A stretch of DNA of 44,430 bases, from NCBI GenBank assembly GCA_030539455.1, contig JAUNRZ010000002.1:1-44430 (forward strand), read 5' to 3'. The DNA is from Paracoccus sp. (in: a-proteobacteria) (GTDB taxonomy: Bacteria > Pseudomonadota > Alphaproteobacteria > Rhodobacterales > Rhodobacteraceae). The translations under genes and the position numbers were made by a program. Shown in pieces: positions 27,432-37,443 of the stretch (the first letter of the stretch is position 1; every line of letters starts with the position of its first letter). Under the pieces are notes generated by a model. The model had not been told where the DNA came from and ran no database searches. It was given only the letters and a program-made list of their open reading frames with translations.

Positions 27432-28231
27432 GGGCCGCCCTTTTCCTGCTTACAATGGCGTGGCCCGCTTGGGCTGCGCCGCCGCAGCGGGTGGTGTCGA
27501 TGAACCTGTGCACCGATCAGCTTGCGTTGCTGATCGGGGCGCCGGGTCAGGTTATCTCGGTCAGTTGGCTGGCCGCCGACTCTCGGGTGTCGCTGATGCC
27601 AGACGCGGCGCAGGCGGTCGCGCTGAACCACGGGCTGGCCGAAGAAATCTATCTGCTGCAACCCGATCTGGTGCTGGCGGGCACCTATACCACGCGCGCC
27701 ACGGTGGACATGCTGCGCCGTCTTGGCGTCCGGGTCGAGACGATGGCCCCCGCCGCATCCATCAGCGATGTGCGCGACGGGATCTCGCAGATGGGCGCGC
27801 TGCTGGACCGGCCCGAACGCGCGGCCGAGCTGCTGACCGGTTTCGACGCCGCCCTTGCTGCGATCCCGCCCAGCAGCGGGGCCGAGGCCGCGACCTATGG
27901 CGCGAACGGCTGGACCGCAGGCGGGCAGACGCTGGCGGGCGACGTGATGCGCGCGGCTGGCCTGCGGCTGCTGGCCGAACGGCTGGGGCTCGACTACGGC
28001 GGGTCGCTGGCGCTGGAACAACTGGTCTTGGCCGGGCCAGAGATGGTCATCACAGCCAGCCGCTATGCCCAGCCCTCGCGCGCCGAGGAAATCCTGTATC
28101 ACCCCGCGCTGGCCGCCCTTTCGGCCCGGCGCGAGACCGTGCCTGACCGCGACTGGGTCTGCGGCCTGCCGCAGGTTGCCGACGTTGTGCAGGAGCTGGC
28201 GCAGGAATCGGCGCAGGAGCCGACGCTGTGA
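27425..28231 (+). CDS. btuF: Cobalamin ABC substrate-binding protein
   Basis: RVVSMNLCTDQL, EE....QPDLVL, W.CG.P. Confidence 0.85.
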   Translation: MVRAALFLLTMAWPAWAAPPQRVVSMNLCTDQLALLIGAPGQVISVSWLAADSRVSLMPDAAQAVALNHGLAEEIYLLQPDLVLAGTYTTRATVDMLRRLGVRVETMAPAASISDVRDGISQMGALLDRPERAAELLTGFDAALAAIPPSSGAEAATYGANGWTAGGQTLAGDVMRAAGLRLLAERLGLDYGGSLALEQLVLAGPEMVITASRYAQPSRAEEILYHPALAALSARRETVPDRDWVCGLPQVADVVQELAQESAQEPTL

Positions 28232-29202
28232 AGGTGCTGGCCCCGCTGACGCTGCTTTGCGCGGTGCTGTTTCTGTGGTCGCTTCTGACAGGTCCGGCGC
28301 CCGTAGGCTGGGCCGACAGCCTGCGGGCGCTGGCCTCGGGCGATGGCGCGCTGACGCTGGTGATGCGCGAAATCCGCGCGCCGCGCGCGGTGCTGGCGGT
28401 GCTGGTCGGCGCAAGCCTTGGCCTGTCAGGCGCGGCGATGCAGGGCTATCTGCGCAACCCCTTGGCCGAGCCGGGGCTGATCGGCGTGTCGTCCAGCGCC
28501 GCCTTGGGCGCGGTGATCGCCTTGCAGACCGGGTTCGCCGCCGCCTTTGCGCTGGCTTTGCCTCTGGCGGCGCTGCTCGGGGCGGTGGGGGCCGTCCTGC
28601 TGATCCTGCTGCTGGCGGGGCCGGGCGGCGGGTCGCTGGCGCTGATTCTGGCGGGGGTGGCGATCTCGGCGCTGACCGGGGCTGCGACGGCGCTGGTGCT
28701 GAACCTGTCGCCCAATCCCTTTGCCGCAAACGAGATCGTGTTCTGGATGATGGGGTCGCTGGCTGATCGGTCATGGCTGCACGTCGCCATCGCCGCGCCC
28801 GTTATGGCCGGTGGGGCGGCGGCGCTGGTGGGGATCGGCCGCGCCCTTGACGCGCTGACGCTCGGCGAGGATGCGGCGGCCTCGATGGGGATCGACCTGC
28901 GGCGGTTGCGGCTGCGGCTGGTGCTTGGCGTCGCCGCGATGGTCGGTGCGGCAACGGCGGTGGCGGGCGCCATTGGCTTTGTCGGGCTGGTGGTGCCGCA
29001 TCTGCTGCGCAGCGCCGTCGGCGCGCAGCCGGGCCGGCTGCTGGCGGCGTCAGCCCTTGGCGGGGCGGCACTGGTGCTGGCGGCGGATATCGCGGTGCGG
29101 CTGATCCTGCCCGGCCGCGATCTGAAACTGGGCGTGGTCATGGCGCTGATCGGTGCGCCGGTGTTCCTGCACCTGATCTGGCGGCAGAGGCGTGGCGGAT
29201 GA
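28228..29202 (+). CDS. btuC: Cobalamin ABC permease (FecCD family)
   Basis: QGYLRNPLAEPG, LTLGED.A.SMG, IGFVGLVVPH. Confidence 0.88.
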   Translation: MKVLAPLTLLCAVLFLWSLLTGPAPVGWADSLRALASGDGALTLVMREIRAPRAVLAVLVGASLGLSGAAMQGYLRNPLAEPGLIGVSSSAALGAVIALQTGFAAAFALALPLAALLGAVGAVLLILLLAGPGGGSLALILAGVAISALTGAATALVLNLSPNPFAANEIVFWMMGSLADRSWLHVAIAAPVMAGGAAALVGIGRALDALTLGEDAAASMGIDLRRLRLRLVLGVAAMVGAATAVAGAIGFVGLVVPHLLRSAVGAQPGRLLAASALGGAALVLAADIAVRLILPGRDLKLGVVMALIGAPVFLHLIWRQRRGG

Positions 29203-29939
29203 AGGTGGTGCTGGACAAGCTGACCGTTCGCCGGGGCGCGCGCGTGGTGCTGAACGCCGCCAGTCTGACGCTGGATCAGGGCGAACTTGTCGGGCTGATC
29301 GGCCCGAATGGCGCGGGCAAGACGACGCTGATGCGCGCCGCGATGGGGCTGATCCCGGCGGATGGTCAATCATCGCTGGCCGCTCTGCCGCCCGGGCGTC
29401 GGGCGCTGGCGGCCGCCTGGCTGCCGCAGTCGCGCGACGTCGTCTGGCCGGTTTCGGCCGAAAAGCTGGTCCGCCTTGGCCGAATTCCGCACCGCCGCCC
29501 GGACGCCGCCCCGGCGGCCATTCGCGCAGCGATGGAGCGCATGGGCGTCACGGCCCTTGGCAACCGCCCGGTCACGGAACTGTCGGGGGGCGAACAGGCC
29601 CGCGTGCTGATCGCCCGCGCGCTGGCGCAGGAAACCCCGGTCCTGTTGGCAGACGAGCCCATCGCCGGGCTGGACCCCGCCCACCAGATCGGCGCGATGC
29701 AGACCTTTCGCGCGCTGGCGGACGAAGGCCGCGCTGTCATGGCCTCGCTGCACGATCTGGGCCTTGCGGCGCGGTTCTGCACCCGGCTGGTGTTGCTGGA
29801 CGGCGGCCGGATCGCCGCCGACGGGCCGCCCGCCGCCGTGCTGACGCCCGAGCTGCTGGCCCGCGTCTTTGGCGTCACCGGATATTTCGCCGAGACCCCC
29901 GACGGTCCGGTCTTCCAGCCGATGCGGGTTTTGCGATGA
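29199..29939 (+). CDS. btuD: Cobalamin ABC ATPase
   Basis: GPNGAGKT, LSGGE, LADEP, HDL. Confidence 0.88.
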   Translation: MKVVLDKLTVRRGARVVLNAASLTLDQGELVGLIGPNGAGKTTLMRAAMGLIPADGQSSLAALPPGRRALAAAWLPQSRDVVWPVSAEKLVRLGRIPHRRPDAAPAAIRAAMERMGVTALGNRPVTELSGGEQARVLIARALAQETPVLLADEPIAGLDPAHQIGAMQTFRALADEGRAVMASLHDLGLAARFCTRLVLLDGGRIAADGPPAAVLTPELLARVFGVTGYFAETPDGPVFQPMRVLR

Positions 29940-30559
29940 AGCTGAGGCTGGACCACCCGTGGCTGATCGCCGATCTGGGCACCACGCAGCGGGTGCTGTC
30001 CTTTGCCCCGCATCGCGCCGGCTTTGTCAGCGCGCGGCGGATCGTCTGGCGGCAGGTGCGTGATGCCGACCTGCCTGCGAACCTTGACGCGGGGGAATGG
30101 CTGGCGGCGCAGATGGCCGCTGCCGGGCTGACAGATGCGGTGGGTATGCTGACCTCTCGCGAGGTGGCGCGCTGGTGCCGGGCCGCAGCGGGGCCGGTCA
30201 CTTGCGCCGCGACGGTCGGCCTTGGCAATGCCGAGCGGGTCGGCCACCGCCAGCCGCCCCGTCCCGGCTGGGGCACGATCAACATCGCCGTCCATCTGAC
30301 GGACGGGCTGACCGACGCGGCCTTGCTCGAGGCGATGACCATTGTCGCCGAGGCGCGCACCGCCGCCGTCATGGAATCGGGGCTGATGCTGCCGCAAGGC
30401 CCGACGACAGGCACGGGCACCGACTGTATCGCCGTCGCCGCGCCGCCCGGCGCGGGCCGGTTTGCGGGCCTGCACACCCCTTTGGGCCAAGCGATCGGCG
30501 CTGCGGTTTACGACGCCGTGGCAACCGGCTGCGCCACCTGGATGAAGGAGCAAGGATGA
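29936..30559 (+). CDS. cbiZ: Adenosylcobinamide amidohydrolase
   Basis: GMLTSR, TVGLGNA, GTINI, EARTAA, TGTGTDC motifs; ATGA coupling. Confidence 0.85.
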   Translation: MKLRLDHPWLIADLGTTQRVLSFAPHRAGFVSARRIVWRQVRDADLPANLDAGEWLAAQMAAAGLTDAVGMLTSREVARWCRAAAGPVTCAATVGLGNAERVGHRQPPRPGWGTINIAVHLTDGLTDAALLEAMTIVAEARTAAVMESGLMLPQGPTTGTGTDCIAVAAPPGAGRFAGLHTPLGQAIGAAVYDAVATGCATWMKEQG

Positions 30560-31548
30560 ACCTGACCGATAGGCTTTTCGCCGCGCTGGACGACCCCGCG
30601 CATGGCTGGTCGATGGGCAGCTTTGGCGCGATTGCCGAATTTCACCGCGACCCGGACGAGCCGCTGTTGATCGACGCGCCCGGCCTCAAGGCGACGGCAA
30701 AGGGCGCGATCCGGCTGGACCCGGCACAGGCGCGGGCGGTGGCCTATGAGACGCTCTCGCCCAAGGCGGGGCGCTGGTCGCAATCGGTGGCCCTGTGCCT
30801 GCCCCGCCGTCTGGCCGTGACGGCGCAGCGCGCGGTGCTGACGCGGCTTGGCCCGGATATGGATGCGATCCGTCCCGAAGACCGAAGCGGCATCCTGTTC
30901 GACATGGGCCTTGGCCAGTTGCAGGTGGATTTATGCATCCGCACCGCCGATGCGGCACTGATCGCCGTGCTCGAGGCTGCGGAGGGGCGCGATCTTTTCG
31001 ACCCGGGCAACCCGGCGATGGGCGCGATCCTCGCCGCCCATCCGCACCGCGTCGCGCTGACGCCGCTGGGCCGGATCGAGGTGTTCCAAATGATCGGCGG
31101 CCCGGATACCGGCGGCGTCTCGCCACCCGGTCCGCATACGCATGTCCTGCCCAAGCTGCTGAGGACCGGGCGCACCCATTCGGCCAATGCGCCGATCCCC
31201 GACAGGCTGGTCCCCTGCGCCGGGTTCCATCCGCAAAGCCCGATCAGCACCCCGATGGGCCTGCCGCGCCCCTTCGCTCCCGTGGCCTTCGCTGCCTTCC
31301 AGCGCCTGTTGCTGCTCTGGGGAGTGCCGGAACATGTGGCGGTCAAGGAGGCGGCCTTTTCCGCGCTGCGGGGCGGGCGTGATCTGTCGCCGTCAGACCG
31401 CCCGCGCTGCCGCATCGGCCGCACCGCGCTGCGCATCGCGATGCGGCAATGGCAGGCGCAGGGAAACCCGCTGCCCGCTGGCTGGGCCGCATTCGACCGC
31501 GCCGGCACCGATACCGCCGAGGCCGAGCCTCATGAGCAGGGTCATTGA
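30556..31548 (+). CDS. Conserved hypothetical protein in the B12 operon (DUF6925-like, tentative)
   Basis: RBS AAGGAG, ATGA overlap; WSMGSFGAIAEF, LFDMGLG, HPHRV, GPHTH.LPKLL. Confidence 0.75.
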   Translation: MNLTDRLFAALDDPAHGWSMGSFGAIAEFHRDPDEPLLIDAPGLKATAKGAIRLDPAQARAVAYETLSPKAGRWSQSVALCLPRRLAVTAQRAVLTRLGPDMDAIRPEDRSGILFDMGLGQLQVDLCIRTADAALIAVLEAAEGRDLFDPGNPAMGAILAAHPHRVALTPLGRIEVFQMIGGPDTGGVSPPGPHTHVLPKLLRTGRTHSANAPIPDRLVPCAGFHPQSPISTPMGLPRPFAPVAFAAFQRLLLLWGVPEHVAVKEAAFSALRGGRDLSPSDRPRCRIGRTALRIAMRQWQAQGNPLPAGWAAFDRAGTDTAEAEPHEQGH

Positions 31549-31864
31549 CCGCGCCCTGCCGCCCGCCCCTTCGGCGGCCCATGCGGCGCTGATCGGTCTT
31601 GCGCCTGCATACGGGCGCGCCCCGACCGCGCCGGTCGAGGTCACGCTGATCTCCACCGCTGCCTTTGACGCGATGGTCGCCCCGCAGCCAAGCATGGCCG
31701 TCGGCATCGGCAGTCTTGGCGCGCAAAACAGCGCGGCCGACATGGCGCCGCCGACGTGGGCGAAACAGTCCGCACCCGGAACGAAGCACCGCTCCACAAC
31801 CTGTTCCATCCTTGTCATGTGTGGACGGCTCCTGTCATGCAGGTTTTTGGTGGGCCTGATTTGA
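31532..31864 (+). pseudogene. Possible truncated last gene of the B12 operon
   Basis: ATG overlaps the end of the previous gene; frame runs into the IS1111 end; no recognisable motif. Confidence 0.25.
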
Positions 31865-32279
31865 TCTGTGGGTGCGGTCATGTGTCCGGCCTGTTTTCGC
31901 GACACGCTAGCCGCTAACCCTGACGATGCCGCGTGCTGGGCTCCCGATCAAGGGAGCGGGCTTGAGGCCCAGACAGTCCCTCGGGATCTGTCCGCCGCAG
32001 TTACCGTTCGAACGTCAACCTGCCGATGGTCCCTGCGTCGCACCGGTCAGGCTGTGACCGACCGGATCGGGGTCAGGCGCCAAGGCGGACCTGATAAGTG
32101 CCGTTGCGCGCCACAGGCGCCCAGACGGTCTATCGGCGACCACGACGGTCACCAGCCGAGCCCGCTTGCGTGTAAGGAGCCCGCGCAGCCAGAGGCCGCT
32201 CGATCAATCGTTGCCCGCACCGGGCCGCGCCGCCGAGGTCGCGCCGACCACCAGCATGTGTCTCAGATACCCGTCGCCC
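31818..32279 (-). mobile_element. IS110/IS1111 remnant: degraded transposase C-terminus plus 3' non-coding region and end
   Basis: Minus strand GDGYLR.MLVVGATS...WL.GLL.RK..RLVTV with a stop and frameshift; TGTGGACGGCTCC end typical of IS1111. Confidence 0.7.
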
Positions 32280-32309
32280 CGCCCGGAACGCTCCGGCCGG
32301 GGCGGTTTG

Positions 32310-34322
32310 TCAGAAGTTGCGTGTCAATGTCAGCGAGACATTGCGCCCCGGCGCGGGGCCGGTCTGCCAGGTCGCGGGGACATAGCTGCGCTCGGTGATG
32401 TTGTCGATGGCAAGACCGAACTCGATCCCCTCCATGGCGCCCGATTGCGGCGACCAGACGGCGAATGCATCATGCACACCGTAACCGGCCCGGCGCGTCC
32501 CGTCAGGCTTGTCGCGCCCGGCGGCCAGCGTGCTGCGGACACCGAACCGCCATTCATCCGAGGGCCGGTAGGTCGCTGACAAGGCCAGCCGGTTGTTGGG
32601 CAGCGTGTCCAGATCGTTGCCATCCTGATCGGTGCCATTCACCACCGAGACCGCCGCGCCAAGCTGCCAGTTGGTGGTCGAATAGGCGGCCTCGGTCTCG
32701 CCGCCGCGCAGATAGGCGCGGTCGATATTCGTATAGGCGGGCGTTGGCTCGGGGGCCATGGTGCGCACGATCATGTCGTCGATATGGTTGCGGAACAGCG
32801 TCAGCTTGACCGAAGCCTGATCGTCGTCACGAAGCAAACCGTCGGCGCGATAGCTCAGGCCGATCTCCAAATTCTTGCCACGCTCGGCCCTGAGATCGGG
32901 CGAGGCCGCACCGCCGCGAAACGTATCATACAACTCATCGACATTAGGCAGACGGCTTACTTGCGCGGCAGACCCGAAGACCGACCAATTGTCGGTCTGG
33001 TGATACATCGCCGCGATCTGCGGCTCGGTCGCGGTGTTGCGCACGGATTCGTCTGTCGCGGTGACGCTGTCGCGGGGCGATGTCACCTGCCGCGTCCAGC
33101 GCAGCCCAGTATTGATCCGCAGCCGGTCGCGCGACAGTTCCGACCACGCAAACAGCGCATGCTGCCGTGTCACCGCCTCTGGGTGGGACGCGGAAAAGGC
33201 GGTGCTGGTGCGGTCCTGATAGGAGGTCTCCGCGCCAAGCGTCACGAAATGCGACCAACCGCCCGCCGAGACATCCGCGACGTTCTGCGCCCTGAGCTTC
33301 CACAGCCCATAGTCGCGCCGACCCAGCACCGTGTCCATGATCGGCTCATCCGGGTTCGAGCCTTGCTGGATGTCTTTGATCGTATTGGTGTAGGACAGCG
33401 AGACCGTACTGTCGATCAGCGGGTTTTCGGGATTATAGCCCCAGACCAGCCGCGCGGTCTGGTCTCGGGTCAGGATGTCGCCCACGCCCCAGCCCGCAAA
33501 ACCGGGGAACAGCCCGATCTGAGCGCCCTCAAGCTGGTTGAAATCCTGATCGTCGCCGCATGCCTCAAGATGCAGGTAAGACCCTTCGAGGTAGTGGTCC
33601 CCCAACTGCTGCCGGGCCTTGAGCAGCAGGTTCGGCGCATCCGAATTGGACCGCACCAGCACATTGCCGTCAGGGTCTTTGGTATCGCCAAGGTGGCGAT
33701 AGGCCAGACCGGCGACGGCCTCGAAGTCATTATTCAGGCGCCAACCCCATAACGCGCTGGCGAAGGCGGTATCTGGGTTAGAGCCGTAACGCAGCCGCAC
33801 CCGTCCGCCCTGCGTCGCGCCATCGGGGATCAGGTCGCCCGCGCTGACGGTCTCCATGGCGATGACACCGCCCAACGCGCCCGCGCCGTAAAGGGTTGAT
33901 GCGCCCGGCCCGCGCAGCACCTCGACCCGCGTCAGGAAATCGGGCTCAACGAAGAGTGAGCCCTGACGATAGGATTCGTAATATTTCCGCTCTCCGTCGA
34001 TCAGTTGCACGATTCCGGCCTCTGACGCCGCCGTGCCGGATGATCCAAAGCCGCGGATGTTGAACCCCTGCCCGAAAAAGCTGGACGATCCGACGCCCGC
34101 CACGCCCGGCACCTGCGTCAGTGCCTGCCCGATGGTGCCCGGCGCGGTATCGTCCAGTTCCTGCGTATCCACCACGCTGACCGATTGCGGCACATCGGAT
34201 GCGACCCTTTCCGTGCCCGCCCGCAGGATGATCGGGTCCAGCACGATCGGTCTGTCCTGAGCCAGCGCCGCGCATGGGGCCGTGCCCAGCATCATCAAAA
34301 TGAGTGTCGTTCGTGTGCACAT
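32310..34322 (-). CDS. hmuR: TonB-dependent heme/hemoglobin receptor
   Basis: Signal peptide, RVEVLRGPGASTLYG, R.PN.DELY, PDL.AE, PAPGRN..., C-terminal F; divergent from hmuSTUV. Confidence 0.85.
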   Translation of the reverse strand: MCTRTTLILMMLGTAPCAALAQDRPIVLDPIILRAGTERVASDVPQSVSVVDTQELDDTAPGTIGQALTQVPGVAGVGSSSFFGQGFNIRGFGSSGTAASEAGIVQLIDGERKYYESYRQGSLFVEPDFLTRVEVLRGPGASTLYGAGALGGVIAMETVSAGDLIPDGATQGGRVRLRYGSNPDTAFASALWGWRLNNDFEAVAGLAYRHLGDTKDPDGNVLVRSNSDAPNLLLKARQQLGDHYLEGSYLHLEACGDDQDFNQLEGAQIGLFPGFAGWGVGDILTRDQTARLVWGYNPENPLIDSTVSLSYTNTIKDIQQGSNPDEPIMDTVLGRRDYGLWKLRAQNVADVSAGGWSHFVTLGAETSYQDRTSTAFSASHPEAVTRQHALFAWSELSRDRLRINTGLRWTRQVTSPRDSVTATDESVRNTATEPQIAAMYHQTDNWSVFGSAAQVSRLPNVDELYDTFRGGAASPDLRAERGKNLEIGLSYRADGLLRDDDQASVKLTLFRNHIDDMIVRTMAPEPTPAYTNIDRAYLRGGETEAAYSTTNWQLGAAVSVVNGTDQDGNDLDTLPNNRLALSATYRPSDEWRFGVRSTLAAGRDKPDGTRRAGYGVHDAFAVWSPQSGAMEGIEFGLAIDNITERSYVPATWQTGPAPGRNVSLTLTRNF

Positions 34323-34395
34323 ATACCAATGTCCCCTCTTGATTATCGCAATGATCGGGCTGGCAAAGGCTGGTGTCTTGCAGCGGCTATCTTTT

Positions 34396-34412
34396 CCGAC
34401 TAAACAAGTCAG
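34396..34412. promoter_or_regulatory. Iron-Rhodo box-like site in the divergent hmu promoter
   Basis: CCGACTAAACAAGTCAG fits (T/C)GAC-N7-GTCAG. Confidence 0.65.
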
Positions 34413-34463
34413 GAATTGCGTCCAACTCGTTCGCCAGATGCCCGATTATGCAAAAGGCTGACC

Positions 34464-35492
34464 ATGAACGATCTGACACCCGCGCGCCTGCGCGATCTGA
34501 AACGTGAATCCACCCTGCGGCCCTTTGATCTGGCTGCTCAGCTTGGCCTGCCTGAGGCGGCGCTGATCGAGGCCGAGCTGGGCCTTGGAGTCACCCGCAT
34601 CGACGCGACCCTGGCCCGGCTGATCCCCGCCGTGCAGGCGCTGGGCGAGGTGACGGCCCTGACTCGCAACCGCTCTTGCGTGATCGAAAAGATCGGCACT
34701 TATAACAACTTCCACGATGGCGAACATGCGGCGATGACGCTGGATGCGGAAATCGACTTGCGGATGTTCCCGCGCCACTGGGTCCATGCCTATGCGGTCG
34801 AGACCGAGGGCGAAAATGGTCTGCGCCGGTCGGTTCAGGTGTTCGATGCGGCGGGGGATGCGGTCCATAAGGTGCATCTGCGCGCCAGCTCTGATCTGGC
34901 CGCATGGGATGCGCTGAAGCGTGATCTGGCCCTGCCGGATCAGGCCGCGCTGTCGGATTTCACCCCACGCGCCCCGGTCGAAGGCCCGCGCCTCAACGAG
35001 GCCCATGCTGAGACGCTCCGCCGCGAATGGGCGGCGATGACCGACACGCATCAGTTCAACACGCTGGTGCGGCGGTTGAAGATGAACCGGCTTGGGGCCT
35101 ATCATCTGGCGGGCGGGCCCCATGTGCGGCGGCTGGATGTGGCGGCCAATCAGGCCCTGTTCGATCAGGTGCAGGCGCGGACGATGCAGGTGATACTGTT
35201 CGTCGGCAATATGGGCTGTATCGAGATCCATTCCGGCAGTTTCGGCAATTTGCGCCCCATGGGGCCGTGGCTGAACGTGATGGACCCGCGTTTCAACCTG
35301 CATCTGCGCGCCGATCATGTGGCTGAGATGTGGCAGGTGGAAAAGCCCACAAAGCGCGGCATGGCGGTCTCGGTCGAGGCGTTCGATGCCGAGGGTGCAC
35401 TGACTTACCAATGTTTCGGGATGCGGGCGGACAAGGGCGGCGACCCGCAGCTTTGGGCCGATCTGGTGAACGGTCTGCCGGGGGCGGCATGA
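34464..35492 (+). CDS. hmuS: Hemin-degrading/transport protein HmuS/HemS
   Basis: ALTRN, DLR.F..HW, S.Q.FD..G.A.HK, TDTHQF, FVGN.GC..IH.G, FNLHLR. Confidence 0.93.
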   Translation: MNDLTPARLRDLKRESTLRPFDLAAQLGLPEAALIEAELGLGVTRIDATLARLIPAVQALGEVTALTRNRSCVIEKIGTYNNFHDGEHAAMTLDAEIDLRMFPRHWVHAYAVETEGENGLRRSVQVFDAAGDAVHKVHLRASSDLAAWDALKRDLALPDQAALSDFTPRAPVEGPRLNEAHAETLRREWAAMTDTHQFNTLVRRLKMNRLGAYHLAGGPHVRRLDVAANQALFDQVQARTMQVILFVGNMGCIEIHSGSFGNLRPMGPWLNVMDPRFNLHLRADHVAEMWQVEKPTKRGMAVSVEAFDAEGALTYQCFGMRADKGGDPQLWADLVNGLPGAA

Positions 35493-36379
35493 TGCGGCGG
35501 GCAATTTGTGGCGCGGTTGCGGCGCTGATGTCCCTGCCCGCGCTGGCCGAGGAGCCGCAGATAGACATGCAGGCCCACCCCGAGGCGCGGCGCATTCTGG
35601 CGATTGGCGGGGCGGTGACGGAAATCATCTATGCCCTGGGCGAAGAGGAGCGGCTGATCGCGCGCGACAGCAGTTCGGTCTATCCAGAGGCGGCGCTTGA
35701 GCTGCCCGATGTCGGCTATATGCGCCGCCTTTCGCCCGAAAACGTGCTGTCCCTGCGCCCCGACCTGATCCTTGCCGAAGAGGGCGCAGGCCCGCCCGAG
35801 GCGGTGGCGCTGCTGCAATCCTCGGGCATCGCATTTGAGACCATCCCCAACGCCAGTGACGGCCCAGGGATCGAGGCGCGGATCGCCGCCGTCGGGCAGG
35901 CTTTGGACGACAGCTCGGCGGTGGAGCCGCATCTGGACGCCCTGCGCGCCGATCTGGGCCAGATTGAGGCGCTGAACGCCGATATTACGCCGCGCCGGGT
36001 GCTGTTCATCCTGTCGCTGCAAGGCGGGCGGGTGCTGTCGGCGGGCTCGGATACGGCGGCGGATGCGATGATCCGGCTGGCGGGGGCGGAAAACGCCGTG
36101 ACCGCCTATAGCGGCTATAAACCCCTGACGGATGAGGCGATCATGGCCGCCGCGCCCGACCTGATCCTGATGATGCGCCGCGATCCGATCAGCGACGACG
36201 ACCCGATCCTGCAAGAGCCGGGCGATGCGCAGCTTTGGGCCATGCCCGCGATTGCGGCGACGCCTGCCGGGGAACATCAGGCACTTGTGCGGATGGATGG
36301 GCAATATCTGCTGGGCTTTGGCCCGCGCGCCGGACGCTCCGCGCTGGAGCTGCATCGCGCGATCTATGGGGGCGGCTGA
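35489..36379 (+). CDS. hmuT: Heme ABC substrate-binding protein
   Basis: IGG.VTEIIYALG, DVGYMR.LS.E, LLGFGPR. Confidence 0.92.
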   Translation: MMRRAICGAVAALMSLPALAEEPQIDMQAHPEARRILAIGGAVTEIIYALGEEERLIARDSSSVYPEAALELPDVGYMRRLSPENVLSLRPDLILAEEGAGPPEAVALLQSSGIAFETIPNASDGPGIEARIAAVGQALDDSSAVEPHLDALRADLGQIEALNADITPRRVLFILSLQGGRVLSAGSDTAADAMIRLAGAENAVTAYSGYKPLTDEAIMAAAPDLILMMRRDPISDDDPILQEPGDAQLWAMPAIAATPAGEHQALVRMDGQYLLGFGPRAGRSALELHRAIYGGG

Positions 36380-37443
36380 TGGTGGCGATGGATATGCCCC
36401 GGCTCGCAGGCGACCGGCGCAGGCGTGGGCAGATGCTGGCGGTTCTGTTGGGCCTCGCGGTGCTGGTCGTGGCGGTTCTGTCGATGGGGCATGGCGCGTC
36501 GGGCGTCTCTGCCGTGGGGGTGCTGAGTGACTGGCTGGCGGGGCGCGAGATTGCCCGCGCCGACCGCATCATCGTGCTGGACATCCGCCTGCCGCGCCTG
36601 CTGACCGGGCTGTTGGTCGGGGCCTCGCTGGCGGTGGCCGGGGCGGTGATGCAGGGGCTGTTTCGCAACCCGCTGGCCGATCCGGGCCTGTTGGGCGTCA
36701 GCGCGGGCGCAGGCTTTGGTGCGATTGCCGCCATCGTTCTGGGCGGCATGCTGCCCGCGGCCATCGCCGCGCTGACCGGCTGGTATCTGGTGCCGCTGGC
36801 GGCGTTTCTATGCGGCTGGATCACCATGCTGGCGCTTTATGCCATCGCCACGCGGCAGGGGCGCACGTCCATCGCGACGATGCTTCTGGCCGGGATCGCG
36901 ATTGCGGCGATGGTCGGCGCGGCCTCGGGGCTGATTGTCTATTATGCCAATGATGCGCAGCTTCGCGACCTGACCTTCTGGAGCATGGGCTCGCTGGCCG
37001 GCTCAAGCTGGATCAAGCTGGCCGCCGCCGGGCCGGTCATGGCGCTGTCGCTGATCGCCGCGCCGTGTCTGGCCCGCGCGTTGAACGGGCTGGCCTTGGG
37101 CGAGGCCGCCGCCGCCCATGTCGGCATCCGCGTCGAGCGCGCCAAGACCGCCGCGATGCTGACCACTGCCGGGGCGGTCGGCGCGGCGGTGGCGGTCTCG
37201 GGCGGCATCGGTTTTGTAGGCATCGTGGTGCCGCATCTGCTGCGGCTGATCTGCGGGCCGGATCACCGCTGGCTGCTGGTTAATTCGGCGCTGCTGGGGG
37301 CCCGCGTTCTGGTGCTGGCCGATATGGTCAGCCGCACCGCGATCGCCCCCGCCGAGCTGCCCATCGGCATCATCACCGCAATAATGGGCGGGCCGTTCTT
37401 TACCTGGGTGCTGCTGTCGAACAGAAAGATGCTGGACGGATGA
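36379..37443 (+). CDS. hmuU: Heme ABC permease
   Basis: IRLPR, QGLFRNPLADPG, FWSMGSL, IGFVG..VPH. Confidence 0.92.
   Translation: MVAMDMPRLAGDRRRRGQMLAVLLGLAVLVVAVLSMGHGASGVSAVGVLSDWLAGREIARADRIIVLDIRLPRLLTGLLVGASLAVAGAVMQGLFRNPLADPGLLGVSAGAGFGAIAAIVLGGMLPAAIAALTGWYLVPLAAFLCGWITMLALYAIATRQGRTSIATMLLAGIAIAAMVGAASGLIVYYANDAQLRDLTFWSMGSLAGSSWIKLAAAGPVMALSLIAAPCLARALNGLALGEAAAAHVGIRVERAKTAAMLTTAGAVGAAVAVSGGIGFVGIVVPHLLRLICGPDHRWLLVNSALLGARVLVLADMVSRTAIAPAELPIGIITAIMGGPFFTWVLLSNRKMLDG

Noticed and set aside
27380-31508. Several long antisense ORFs across the btu operon
   Set aside because: Expected artefacts of very high GC content.
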